The notes below the pieces were generated by a model, which saw only the letters and a list, made by a program, of their open reading frames with translations, was not told the origin of the DNA and made no database searches. This document shows positions 26,365 through 37,665 of a stretch of DNA of 64,000 bases, one piece after another. This stretch comes from Candidatus Latescibacterota bacterium (GTDB lineage: Bacteria; Latescibacterota; UBA2968; GCA-2709665): positions 4,160,001-4,224,000 of the forward strand of contig OZ252100.1 of the NCBI GenBank assembly GCA_965248435.1, in the 5' to 3' direction. Positions within the stretch are counted from its first letter, which is position 1; every line of letters begins with the position of its first letter. Made by a program: the position numbers and the translations under genes.

Positions 26365-26509
26365 TGAGCGAAGCGCCTGCTGCCCGCGCTGAATTCGGCT
26401 CACTGTTGGTATCCGGCGTCAGCGGACGCGGGGTCGTGGGCGGAGGCAGATTCGGCCTCGTCTGCAGCAGGGTCGGCATTCTAAACGCAGAAGGGAAAAG
26501 GCCAGGCAA
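26297..26509 (-). CDS. Small hypothetical protein (70 aa)
   Basis: TTG start behind AAGGAGG; ends GMGGKVDLMV; overlaps the convergent redoxin tail. Confidence 0.5.
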   Translation of the reverse strand: MPGLFPSAFRMPTLLQTRPNLPPPTTPRPLTPDTNSEPNSARAAGASLINSTLADTSQLNGMGGKVDLMV

Positions 26510-26582
26510 GGGGCCCTCCTTTCACCTGAGTCAGAACTTTCGTGGCGATACGATTATTGGTGCGATGAGAAGCGACAGAGTG

Positions 26583-27011
26583 TCACCGGTCTATCCGATG
26601 TGAATCCCAGTCTCGGTAGGGCATCGAGGCGTGCGTGTGGGCGAGCTTCCAGCTTCCGTTTCTCGCGAGCAACACCACGCTCATCCTCTCACCCTCCAGG
26701 CGATACCGTTCTCCTTCGGCGTTCCCTTCCCCGTCCCAGAGAAAGAATCCCCAGGCAACATCGCCGCGGACTCTGATCCGAGTGTTTCGCCGGAAGATCC
26801 GAACGTCTGACCACTTCGCAGTGTGGCGCTTCCAAACGTCAAGAACGTCCTTCCGTCCTCTGACAGGTTCGGGCATTCCAGAGAAGACCGCCGTTGCTTC
26901 CTCGCAGAAGAGCCGCGAGAGCGTGTCCAGGTCGGCCTGCGAGACTGCGTCTTCGAATGCCTGCAGGAGATTCTCGATGGCCTGGATCTGGTCCTGGCAC
27001 CCAGGCGCCAT
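26583..27011 (-). CDS. SnoaL/NTF2-like protein
   Basis: VRGDVAW, GSWKLAHTHAS; start at ATG 27011 directly after the HMA gene stop. Confidence 0.8.
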   Translation of the reverse strand: MAPGCQDQIQAIENLLQAFEDAVSQADLDTLSRLFCEEATAVFSGMPEPVRGRKDVLDVWKRHTAKWSDVRIFRRNTRIRVRGDVAWGFFLWDGEGNAEGERYRLEGERMSVVLLARNGSWKLAHTHASMPYRDWDSHRIDR

Positions 27012-27013
27012 CC

Positions 27014-27361
27014 CTATTTCTTGTCCTGGATCTTGCAACAGTCGGGAAGTGCTCCGTAGGCCTCGGGATCCGCCTTTGTCTCATTTGCGGTGTAGCCCGC
27101 GGAGGCCACGGTCATCTCCAACTGGGCAAGGTCTGTCTTGCCGGCCAAATATCGAACTTCTGCCATCTGCTTCTTTTGGTCCACGTTGATTTCTTCCACT
27201 CCGGGAAGCTGCTTCAGTGCATCGGAGACCGTCTTCGCGCACGCCGAGCACTGGATCGTGGGAAGCTTAATCTGAGCGATGCGGGCATCCGTTTCGGAAC
27301 TGCATCCGCTTTGAAGGCCAACAAAGAATAAAAAGATAGAAATCAGAGCAGCGAGACGCAT
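27014..27361 (-). CDS. Heavy-metal-associated (HMA) domain lipoprotein
   Basis: Lipobox-like QSGC, TIQCSAC, LPGV, AGY, C-terminal YGALPDCCK. Confidence 0.85.
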   Translation of the reverse strand: MRLAALISIFLFFVGLQSGCSSETDARIAQIKLPTIQCSACAKTVSDALKQLPGVEEINVDQKKQMAEVRYLAGKTDLAQLEMTVASAGYTANETKADPEAYGALPDCCKIQDKK

Positions 27362-27497
27362 AGCGATATCCTTTGTAAGTCAGGTTGAGAGTGGCAGATG
27401 TACCATGCAGAATTCATACGGGATTGTCAAGAAACCAACAAAAAAAGACGGCCCAGGGGCCGCCATTTGGTCGAGGATAATTGCCTTGTCGTGAATT

Positions 27498-29141
27498 TCA
27501 CACGTGCTGTTCGACCGATATTTCAGGTTGATCCCCTTTTGCCCCAAGTGATCTTTGGACCAAACGCATCTGTTCCTGAGCAACCCGCAAAGTCACCCCA
27601 ACCACTTCACTCAGTTGTGTCAACTGCTCAGAGATATGGGACCCAATCTCAGACTGGCCGACGGCTATTTCCGCCAACAGCTCTGTCCTTTTGTTGAGAT
27701 CGCTCAAATCGCGATCGATACGCTCCAACGCAGCCTCTGCCCGCTTTGCAACGCGACCACCTGACCGGACGTCCGCCTTGTCCTCTTCCCAACGGCCTAA
27801 AGTGTCGTCTACTTCCGATCGGGTGCGGTCCAACTTCCCAACCACGAGCCTGCTAAGTCTGGACGCTTCCTTGCCCAGCCTCCGAATCTCTTCAACGACG
27901 ACTTTCATTCCGGCTCCGGCATCACCGGCGCGACTTACTTCCATGCGCGCTTCCAGAGCCATATGCTCAATAGACTGCCCAAAGTTCTTCACGAACTCAG
28001 GAATGACATCGGCTTCGTTGAGCGCCTTGCGGAGACGTTTGATGTGAACGGTCGAAGCACGCGCTCTTTCGACTCTCCCATTCAGCTCATTTATCAGGTC
28101 CCATAGCGACTCGGATCTTTCCGCGGTCAAATAGGCTGTATTTTGAGTACGCTGCCGCGTCTCTTCCACGTAGCGGCGAAGATTCTCTCCCTCGTTGCAC
28201 AGGGCTTCTACCATAGAAGTGATCGTAGAAACACGGTCAGAAAGCAGTCTGACACTGCGGCCGACCAGCGAGGAACCTCGTTCCAAGCGTGCGGCTGCGG
28301 CGGCAGCTGCGCCATTTGAGGAAGTTCCCGCCCGGTGTTCCTGCAGGGAGGCTGCCGTGCTTTCCTCGAGGGTTTCGGCCGCAATCTCCCCGGGTTCGTC
28401 TACGACCTGCCATATGAGCATAGGACCGATATAGTCCCCTTCAGAGTTGTAGACGGCGTTGGCGTTGAGTTCTACTTCGTAAGGTCCGACAGAGACGCTG
28501 GTTTCCCAGGGCATGAGATCGGGATCAGACAGGATTCTACGTGCTGCTTCTTCGTCCGGATAGAGCAGGGTGAGGGACCTGCCAACGACGACTTCGGCGT
28601 TCCAGGTGAGGAAGGAGGACAACTGTTGCAACCCGGACTCGGATGCGGCGTTCTGGTAGACGATATTCAGCTCCGCGTCAGCCATGGCGACACCGAGGGG
28701 TGCCGAGTCGACCAGCGCGTGGAACCTGTCGCAATCTTGAACCTGTTCGACGAGACACTGCCGCGCTTTTTCGGCAGACTGTTTTTCCTCAGTCACTTCA
28801 CGGATCTGGATCTCCAGATCCTCCATCATCTCATTGAAGGCCAGGGCCATCTGCTGCATCTCGTCCGGGCCCTCAACAGGTAGCCTGGGATTGAGGTCTC
28901 CTGCCCTCATCATCGCGAACGTGTCCGTCAAGGTCAGGATGGGATTCAATCCTCTTTCCAAAAGCCCGTGCAGGGCCATGCCGCACAGCCCGATGAAGAC
29001 GAAGGCGGCGATGCCTAGATGAACCTCCTGAATCTGCTCGGTGGCCTCCTTCAAAAACCGGGCACCGAACCAACCCGAAGCCAACGCGAGCAGGATCAAT
29101 CCCGTCGCCACGAGAGATATGCGGAGCTTAAGATTTCTCAT
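27498..29141 (-). CDS. Methyl-accepting chemotaxis-like protein (2 TM, HAMP, PAS, degenerate signalling domain)
   Basis: HAMP GDLNPRLPVEGPDEMQQMALAFNEM; PAS; tip-like MALEARMEVSRAGDAGAGMKVVVEEIRRL. Confidence 0.75.
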   Translation of the reverse strand: MRNLKLRISLVATGLILLALASGWFGARFLKEATEQIQEVHLGIAAFVFIGLCGMALHGLLERGLNPILTLTDTFAMMRAGDLNPRLPVEGPDEMQQMALAFNEMMEDLEIQIREVTEEKQSAEKARQCLVEQVQDCDRFHALVDSAPLGVAMADAELNIVYQNAASESGLQQLSSFLTWNAEVVVGRSLTLLYPDEEAARRILSDPDLMPWETSVSVGPYEVELNANAVYNSEGDYIGPMLIWQVVDEPGEIAAETLEESTAASLQEHRAGTSSNGAAAAAAARLERGSSLVGRSVRLLSDRVSTITSMVEALCNEGENLRRYVEETRQRTQNTAYLTAERSESLWDLINELNGRVERARASTVHIKRLRKALNEADVIPEFVKNFGQSIEHMALEARMEVSRAGDAGAGMKVVVEEIRRLGKEASRLSRLVVGKLDRTRSEVDDTLGRWEEDKADVRSGGRVAKRAEAALERIDRDLSDLNKRTELLAEIAVGQSEIGSHISEQLTQLSEVVGVTLRVAQEQMRLVQRSLGAKGDQPEISVEQHV

Positions 29142-29357
29142 TGCTGTCTCCTCCCGAAAAGGAGGGAAGGCCCTTGGCGTTTTGTTCGTGCACTGCTTCT
29201 ACAGATCTCTATCTTAATATCGTCATTTTTTATAAGACCTTGAGAAGTCTTGGGTTATATATGTTGGGCCTTCTCGTTCTACGCGGTGCAATCTTGCGGT
29301 GTGATCAATTTAACTTTCCATCAATTTATGTCAACCCTAAAGCCCGTGCAGGACAAC

Positions 29358-29390
29358 AAAGAAAAGCCTCCGCGATGCGCGGAGGCTTTC
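29358..29390 (-). terminator. Intrinsic terminator of the histone-like gene
   Basis: GAAAGCCTCCGCGCATCGCGGAGGCTTTTCTTT on minus strand. Confidence 0.8.
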
Positions 29391-29481
29391 TAGGTTTTTG
29401 AGTCTTTCCCTCATCCTATTCGGAAGGTATCGCCAGCTTCCGACAACTGAGGGGGTGGTTTCGAAAAGAGAAGACGGCCCT

Positions 29482-29769
29482 TTATCTTCTGCGCTTCTTG
29501 GCAGCCTTCTTAGCCTTCTTGGCTTTCTTAGCCTTCTTGGCCTTCTTAGCCTTCTTGGCCTTCTTGGCCTTCTTGGCCTTCTTAGCAGGCTTCTTGGCCT
29601 TCTTGGCCTTCTTAGCCTTCTTAGCCTTCTTAGCCTTCTTAGCCTTCTTGGCCTTCTTGGCCTTCTTGGCCTTCTTGGCCTTCTTGGCCTTCTTGGCCTT
29701 CTTGGCCTTCTTAGCCTTCTTGGCCTTCTTGGCTTTCTTGGCCTTCTTAGCTTTCTTGGCCTTCGGCAT
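29482..29769 (-). CDS. Histone H1-like Lys/Ala-rich protein, (KKA)n
   Basis: AGGAGGT RBS 7 nt before ATG 29769; 95 aa MPKAKKAKKA...KKRRR; AT-rich upstream region and downstream terminator. Confidence 0.8.
   Translation of the reverse strand: MPKAKKAKKAKKAKKAKKAKKAKKAKKAKKAKKAKKAKKAKKAKKAKKAKKAKKAKKAKKPAKKAKKAKKAKKAKKAKKAKKAKKAKKAAKKRRR
29506..29763 (-). repeat. 9-bp tandem repeat (AAGAAGGCY) inside the histone-like gene
   Basis: Units vary mainly at synonymous positions (GCC/GCT, AAG/AAA), with one Pro insertion. Confidence 0.95.
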
Positions 29770-30063
29770 CGCGTTCACCTCCTCACTTTGAAATTTTCAG
29801 GAAGGTTCCCCTTCCCTTAAGTTGCATGAATCTATCACGTGAAACTGAATTTTCTTATTTCAAATTTGAATATAAGACCGTTTAAGGTTGAGAATCAAGT
29901 CTAATCTTTAATTTTCCGACTTTTTCTTTCGCTTCTGAATCGTGCGAATTCGTCTTGCGCTGGAGTTTTCGCCTATGTAATTTGGCCGAGGTGAATGTGA
30001 AGATTGAGAAATTATTCTGGCGTACTCGTACGATCAATCTTGAACACACGGTGGGAAATCAAG

Positions 30064-31884
30064 ATGACAGAACGTTCAGTTGAGAAGTCGAGCGCAGCGG
30101 GGATTGGTTGGGACCTGAGTGATCTCTATGCAGGGACGGACGACCCTTTGCTCAATAGGGATCTGGAAGCGGCACTGAGGCGGGCAAAAGAATTCGAACG
30201 CGATTACAGAGGGAAGATTCGCGACGAAGAAGGTCTCACGCCCGCAAAGCTTTTTGAAGCGCTTACCGAATACGAGAAAATCTTGGAACAGGTCGGGCGC
30301 GTGCTCTCATATTCCCATCTTCTCCACGCTGCTCAAAGCGATGACCAGGAGCGTGGCGCCCTTCTTCAGTCCGTGCGTGAGCGCAGCACAGATATTCGTA
30401 AGCACCTAATATTCTTCGAGCTTGAGTGGCTCGAAGTCCCGGAAAGCAGAGCGGAGTCCCTGCTTGGCGCCCCCGAGATTTCGCGCTACCGCCACTACCT
30501 GGAGAAGGAGCTTCACTTCCGTCCACATCGACTTACAGAACCAGAGGAAAAGATTCTTGAAGAGAAGGCCAACACGGGATCACGAGCTTTCGTTCGGCTG
30601 TTCGACGAAACACTATCCGCCGCTCGGTTTCAGATTGAGTGTGATGGTGAGGTGAGAGAAATGAACGAGCAGCAGGTACTCGCGCTGCTCTATCATCCGG
30701 ACCAGGATCAGAGGCGTGCAGCGTCGGAAGGTCTCACCGGAGGACTTCGCTCCCACAGCCAACTGCTTACTTATATCTTCAATGTTGTTGTTCTGGATCA
30801 CAAAGTGGATGATGGTCTGCGATCGTATCAGACGCCAATGGCTTCACGGAATCTCTCGAACGAGATTGACCAGGAGAGAGTTGATACCCTGTTGACCGCC
30901 AGCGAATCCGGGCACGACATCGTTCAGCGATATTACAGGTTCAAGGCGCGTCTCCTGGGTTTGGATCGATTGTTTGACTACGATCGATACGCACCGACGT
31001 TTCCGGATCCTCCCGCGTGTGGCTGGGAGCGAAGTCGAAGCATCGTCGAGACTGCGTACTCCGGCTTCGACGAGAGAGCGGGAGAGATCGTGCGTGCATT
31101 CTTCAAAAACTCGTGGATCGATGCGGACCCGCGGCTCGGCAAGCGGGGCGGCGCCTTCTGCTCCAGTACGGTTCCCTCAGTGCATCCCTATATCCTTGTA
31201 AATTATACGGATCGGATCCGAGATGTGATGACGGTGGCCCACGAGCTGGGTCACGGCATCCATCAGTCTCTTGGAAGCGAACGGGGATACCTCCAAAGCA
31301 ATTCACCGTTGACACTCGCGGAAACTGCGAGTGTGTTCGGGGAGATGCTGGTTTTTCATCGTCTAATGGAGCTTGAAACGGATCCGGAGGTTCGTCTCGG
31401 CCTGCTCTGCAGCAAGCTGGAAGATGCCTTTGCGACTGCTTTTCGTCAGGTGGTGCTTACGCGGTTCGAGCAGAAGCTACACGCCGCGCGGCGCGAAGAG
31501 GGGGAACTTTCAGCGGACAGAATCGGTCACCTCTGGATCGAGGCAAACGGGCCGATGCACGGCGACTCGGTGGAACTCACGGAGAACTACTCTTGCTGGT
31601 GGATGTACATCCCCCATTTCATCCATACGCCATTTTACTGCTATGCCTACGCCTTTGGCGAACTCCTGGTCCTGGCGCTTTACCAGAAGTATCGGGAAGA
31701 GGGGCGAGACTTCGTTCCACGCTACTTCAACCTCCTTTCCGCGGGTGGATCGGAGGCCCCAGAAATCCTTCTCAAGAAAATGGGAGTAGACATCACCGAT
31801 TCTGATTTTTTCAAGGGCGGCCTGGGAATTCTTCGGGAAATGCTCGAGGAGGCGGAGGATTTAGGCAAGGCTATACATAAATAG
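30064..31884 (+). CDS. pepF: M3 family oligoendopeptidase F
   Basis: WDLSDLY, GKRGGAFC, HELGHGIH, AETASVFGE, FYCYAYAFG. Confidence 0.92.
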   Translation: MTERSVEKSSAAGIGWDLSDLYAGTDDPLLNRDLEAALRRAKEFERDYRGKIRDEEGLTPAKLFEALTEYEKILEQVGRVLSYSHLLHAAQSDDQERGALLQSVRERSTDIRKHLIFFELEWLEVPESRAESLLGAPEISRYRHYLEKELHFRPHRLTEPEEKILEEKANTGSRAFVRLFDETLSAARFQIECDGEVREMNEQQVLALLYHPDQDQRRAASEGLTGGLRSHSQLLTYIFNVVVLDHKVDDGLRSYQTPMASRNLSNEIDQERVDTLLTASESGHDIVQRYYRFKARLLGLDRLFDYDRYAPTFPDPPACGWERSRSIVETAYSGFDERAGEIVRAFFKNSWIDADPRLGKRGGAFCSSTVPSVHPYILVNYTDRIRDVMTVAHELGHGIHQSLGSERGYLQSNSPLTLAETASVFGEMLVFHRLMELETDPEVRLGLLCSKLEDAFATAFRQVVLTRFEQKLHAARREEGELSADRIGHLWIEANGPMHGDSVELTENYSCWWMYIPHFIHTPFYCYAYAFGELLVLALYQKYREEGRDFVPRYFNLLSAGGSEAPEILLKKMGVDITDSDFFKGGLGILREMLEEAEDLGKAIHK

Positions 31885-31922
31885 AGGGGTTCAGGCACTT
31901 GTCTGAAAACAGCCTGAAAACG

Positions 31923-31963
31923 CGAAACGCCCGGTGTTCTGGACTGGCACACCGGGCGTTTCG
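31923..31963. terminator. Hairpin terminator between convergent genes
   Basis: CGAAACGCCCGGTG...CACCGGGCGTTTCG. Confidence 0.75.
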
Positions 31964-32011
31964 TTTGTACGGAACAGTCTTATTGGAAGCGGCTGCCTGC
32001 TGATCGGCCAG

Positions 32012-33001
32012 CTAGGCCTGCTGGAATAGAGACCGAACTCCCTCCAGGACCTTCTCCTTGTTTGGAATCGTCTCGAACTCGATCGACGGGCTGAAGGGTA
32101 CCGGTACATCCATCGCCGCGATCCGGGCGACGGGGGCATCCAGGTAGTCGAAGGCCCCCTCCGTGATCGTGGCGGCGAGCTGTGCCGTGATCCCGAAATT
32201 CCTGCATCCCTCATCGACGATCACGACTCGACCGGTCTTGGAGGCAGAGGCGACGAGCGTATCCTGGTCGAGCGGAACCAGGGACCTGGGGTCGATCACC
32301 TCGGCAGAGATGCCTTCTTTTTCCAATTCCGTGGCCGCGTCGAGGGCGACGTAGACCATACTGGAGGTCGCCACGATGGTCACGTCATCTCCCTCGCGTT
32401 TGATGTCGGCCTCGCCCAGGGGAATCGTGTAATCCTCTTCGGGAACGGGTCCCTCTTGACGGTACATCATTTTATGTTCGAAGACGATCACGGGATTATC
32501 ATCCCGGATTGCCGTTTTCAACAGACCTTTTGCGTCATAGGGCGTAGACGGCAGCACGACCTTGAGGCCGGGAATGTGCGCAAACCAGGCGTGGAGGCTT
32601 TGTGAGTGCTGGGCGGCCGAGGACCGTCCGGCGCCCATGGTAATGTGAACCGTGAGCGGCACCATAGCCTGGCCCCCGGACATGTATCGGATCTTGGCAG
32701 CCTGGTTGACGAGTTGGTCCATCGCGAGCGTTGCGAAATCACCGAACATGATGTCAACGACGGGGCGCATTCCTGCCAGCGCTGCGCCGACACCCGATCC
32801 CGCGAACCCTGCCTCGGAAATCGGTGTGTCCCGAACGCGCTCCGGTCCGAATTGATCCAGCAGACCCTCCAGGATCTTGAAGACTGACCCGTGGTTTCCG
32901 ATGTCCTCTCCCATCATGAATACTTTCGAGTCCCTCGTCATCTCCTCGGCCAGGGCCTCGCGAACTGCCTCTCCGAAGGTTATGATCCGTTCTTCAGGCA
33001 T
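32012..33001 (-). CDS. 2-oxoacid/acetoin dehydrogenase E1 beta subunit
   Basis: MGEDIG, RVRDTPISE, AAQHSQS, EVIDPRSLVPLD; start MPEERI overlapping the alpha stop. Confidence 0.92.
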   Translation of the reverse strand: MPEERIITFGEAVREALAEEMTRDSKVFMMGEDIGNHGSVFKILEGLLDQFGPERVRDTPISEAGFAGSGVGAALAGMRPVVDIMFGDFATLAMDQLVNQAAKIRYMSGGQAMVPLTVHITMGAGRSSAAQHSQSLHAWFAHIPGLKVVLPSTPYDAKGLLKTAIRDDNPVIVFEHKMMYRQEGPVPEEDYTIPLGEADIKREGDDVTIVATSSMVYVALDAATELEKEGISAEVIDPRSLVPLDQDTLVASASKTGRVVIVDEGCRNFGITAQLAATITEGAFDYLDAPVARIAAMDVPVPFSPSIEFETIPNKEKVLEGVRSLFQQA

Positions 33002-33956
33002 GGAGATCCTCCAAAACTTCGCTTGGATCGGGCATGGGGTCGGCCGTTGCCTTCTCGACGGCTTCCTCGGCCTCTTGCTGAACCGCATCATCGATCGCTT
33101 TCAGTTCATCCTCTGAGGCCGTTCCCTCGTCCACGAGCTTTTTGTGAAATTTTTGAATACAGTCTCGTTTCACCCACTCATCGATCTCTTCCTGTTCGCG
33201 GTAATGGAGGCCTGGATCGCCGACATGGTGGCCTCTGAAGCGGTACGTGATGCATTCGATCATTCCCGGGCCCGCGCCAGAACGCGCCCTTTCCACCGCT
33301 TCGCTTGCCGCCTCGTGAACGGCCAGGACATCGGTGCCGTCTACCTGGCAGTTCGGGATGCCGAATGGCTCTGCCCGCGCCGCGATGCTTTTTCCGGCCG
33401 TGACACTGTTCATCGGGGTGTATTCGCCATACTGGTTGTTCTCGCACACGTAAATCACGGGAAGCTGCCATACGGCAGCCAGGTTCATCACCTCCATCCA
33501 GACACCCTGGTTCGCCGCACCGTCTCCGAAGAAGCAGGCCGTTACTCGGTCAGTTCCCTGCATCTTTGCCGAAAGGGCAGCGCCTGTTGCAATGCCGAAG
33601 CTCCCTCCGACGATCCCATTCGCGCCAAGGATTCCGAGCTTCATGTCGAAGATATGCATGGATCCGCCCTTGCCCTTGCAGTAGCCGGTGGCCTTTCCCA
33701 TAATTTCCGCCATCATCCGGTAGAGTTCGCCGCCCTTCGCAATACAGTGCCCGTGGCCCCTGTGCGTACTCGTGATCGAATCGTCCTTTCGAAGGGAAGA
33801 GCAGACACCGACGGCGACGGCTTCCTCACCGATGTAGAGGTGGGCCAATCCAGCCATCAGACCCCTTGTGTAGACATTCCAGGTCTGTTCTTCGAACCTG
33901 CGGATCATCAGCATTCTGCGGTAGATTTCAAGCAGTTTGTCACGGTCCAATTCCAT
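32994..33956 (-). CDS. 2-oxoacid/acetoin dehydrogenase E1 alpha subunit
   Basis: Own GAGG RBS and ATG at 33956; HLYIGEEA, STHRGHGH, GKGGSMH, GDGAANQG, TYRFRGHH. Confidence 0.9.
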   Translation of the reverse strand: MELDRDKLLEIYRRMLMIRRFEEQTWNVYTRGLMAGLAHLYIGEEAVAVGVCSSLRKDDSITSTHRGHGHCIAKGGELYRMMAEIMGKATGYCKGKGGSMHIFDMKLGILGANGIVGGSFGIATGAALSAKMQGTDRVTACFFGDGAANQGVWMEVMNLAAVWQLPVIYVCENNQYGEYTPMNSVTAGKSIAARAEPFGIPNCQVDGTDVLAVHEAASEAVERARSGAGPGMIECITYRFRGHHVGDPGLHYREQEEIDEWVKRDCIQKFHKKLVDEGTASEDELKAIDDAVQQEAEEAVEKATADPMPDPSEVLEDLHA

Positions 33957-33993
33957 AGGGTCCACCTCTTGTGAATGGGCTTGCGAGTTAGAA

Positions 33994-35117
33994 CTACGGG
34001 AGGACGCCAGAACGGTGTCGACTTCCTCCACTCTATTATAGTAATGGGGCGAGAATCTTAGGCAGCCCCCGCGGACGGTTGCAACGACGCCTCGATCGCG
34101 CAAGCGCTCTAAAAGGACCTCTGCGCTGAACCCAGGGTGATGCGCCGTGACGATTCCGGATTTTTCATCAGGCCTGCGAGAACTGATGACCTTGAATCCC
34201 TTTTCTTCGAGTCCCAGGCAGAGTCGGTCTGTGAGCAAAAACACCCTCTGTTCGATTTCTTCCACGCCGACCTCGTCGATGAGTTCAAGACAGGCCTTGA
34301 GTCCATAGATTCCCGCCGTGTTGAGGGTCCCTGATTCGAACCGGCGGGCATCTGGAAGCGGGGTGGTGTCGTAGGATAGAAAATCCATCGGGTTCACGAC
34401 GTTCGCCCAGCCCAGGTCGATGCGCAGGTGATCCATCGCTCGCCGAGAGCAGAAGAAGACCGATGCACCTTCGAGTCCAAGCAGCCACTTGTGTCCGTCC
34501 GCCGAGGCGAAGTCGATTCCTGCATCAGCAGCATTGAATCTCATGACTCCCAGACTCTGGATCGCGTCCACAAAAAATAGAACACCGCGTTGACCGCAAA
34601 AATCGCCAATCGCGTTCAGGTCGTGTCTGAAACCGGACGCGAACTGGACGGAGCTGATCGACAGGAGGCGCGTGTGTTCATCCACGGCTTCGAGGAGGCG
34701 ATCCGTAGGAATGCGTCCGTTCATCTCGGGGACCCGTCTGGTCTCCACTCCCCGAGATCCCAGGCTCAACCAGGGGTAGACATTGGATGGGAACTCGCGA
34801 TCGGCGATGACCACGTTGTCCCCTCGACGCCAGGGCAATCCGTTGGCGACCATCAAGATACCATCTGTGGTGTTCTTCAGGAAGGCTATTTCGGAGGGGT
34901 GTGCGCCGATCAGGCGTGCTGCCAGCGTCCGCGTTCTGCTGTAGACCTTCTGCCACTTGGAGGCGCCCGCCATCCCGTTCTGCGCCACGTCCTTGAGGAG
35001 GCCGTTAACGGATCGGTTCACCCTTCGGGAAATGGGTGCGATTCCGGCGTGATTCATGTAGATCCATTTCCGAGTCACCGGAAAATCTTCTCGGATTCGT
35101 TCAATATCGATCGACAT
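33994..35117 (-). CDS. Class V PLP aminotransferase/cysteine desulfurase-like; stop apparently lost by 1-nt deletion
   Basis: YMNHAG, KNTTDG, VDAIQSLG, DGHKWLLG, LRFSPHYYN; reads through into E1 alpha as assembled. Confidence 0.8.
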
Positions 35118-35151
35118 GTTTACCGGAATTCGAGCGGGTCAGGTTGAGGAA

Positions 35152-36710
<1,559 letters not shown>

Positions 36711-36846
36711 AGTTCGTTCTCTTGTTTATAAACAAGATTGGCAGTTGGCCAAGCGCAATGTAGTAAACGCCTAAGTCGTTGGACCATAGCAAGTTTCAAG
36801 AATCGGAAGGGCGGCGATGTGGAACAGAATGGGTATATAAATGTAG

Positions 36847-36875
36847 AATATAGAATTTTAGGCCTTCTATGTCAA
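36847..36875 (-). promoter_or_regulatory. Putative sigma-70 promoter upstream of guaB leader
   Basis: TTGACA-17 bp-TATATT. Confidence 0.65.
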
Positions 36876-36941
36876 CTCACAATTCCCGAATCCTCGAGGG
36901 TGGATCGGCCCCTAGCTGGCTGATCGGTCACCAGATTCATG

Positions 36942-36970
36942 TTGACAGCCCTTTTCCCTCAATTTACTTT
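36942..36970 (+). promoter_or_regulatory. Putative sigma-70 promoter, divergent from guaB
   Basis: TTGACA-17 bp-TACTTT. Confidence 0.55.
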
Positions 36971-37008
36971 CTTACAAAGCCCCTTTGCGTTGAGAGGAGG
37001 CCCGCTAC

Positions 37009-37596
37009 TTGAACATCTTTTTCCCCCTCGTTTTCTTCTGCCTCATCATGGGTCCTATTTTGCTGGTCTGGTTGAAGGGAAACCAGATCCTCGATGCTCT
37101 CGTTGCCCGCCGAGAGGTGGGTCGCAAGAGGCGCCGACGCAGATCGACCCGATCCCTCCCTGTGCGAGAGGAAGTGCTTGAAGCGCTTTTGAAAAGTGAA
37201 GGACGGCGAGAGGGGATAGAGGACCGGATTGGGAATGCCCTGATGTCTTTTCGCCAGGTCTCGGGAGAAGTCGGTGCATCCCCCCATCAAGATCCGGACA
37301 AAGACCTGGAAGGGTTGGGGCAAACGATTCTAACCCGCGAATCACATTTCAATTCCTATCTGGATGTAGCCTGGCTCCAGAGCGAAACGATTGAACTTTT
37401 GAGCCAGGAGGTGATGCTCCTCAGGGAGCTGGCAGAAGTTCCCCGTGTCTGGCCCGCCAGTGACACGACGGCTCAGTTTACCGCGGCCGAGCGTCTATCC
37501 AAGAGTGTCGAGCGAGCCGTGAAGAAACGGGAGCAGGTGGACCTTATGCTGGATCGAATCGGAGGCCGCAGGGATCAAGGCGCTGAAAATCATTGA
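37009..37596 (+). CDS. Membrane-anchored hypothetical protein
   Basis: TTG start with AGGAGG RBS, N-terminal TM, helical C-terminal part. Confidence 0.7.
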   Translation: MNIFFPLVFFCLIMGPILLVWLKGNQILDALVARREVGRKRRRRRSTRSLPVREEVLEALLKSEGRREGIEDRIGNALMSFRQVSGEVGASPHQDPDKDLEGLGQTILTRESHFNSYLDVAWLQSETIELLSQEVMLLRELAEVPRVWPASDTTAQFTAAERLSKSVERAVKKREQVDLMLDRIGGRRDQGAENH

Positions 37597-37665
37597 TGCT
37601 GGCTCCTGTATAGATGGGGAACCCGATCCAGGGCCGCATCGTTTAATTAACAGCAGTAATTTGGC

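Noticed and set aside
29398-29820. Plus-strand LLG/LLS and AFL repeat ORFs as membrane proteins
   Set aside because: Reverse frames of the (KKA)n gene; RBS, terminator and synonymous variation favour the minus strand
32994-35117. 707-aa aminotransferase-dehydrogenase fusion as a novel enzyme
   Set aside because: One added C restores a normal stop and E1 alpha has its own RBS
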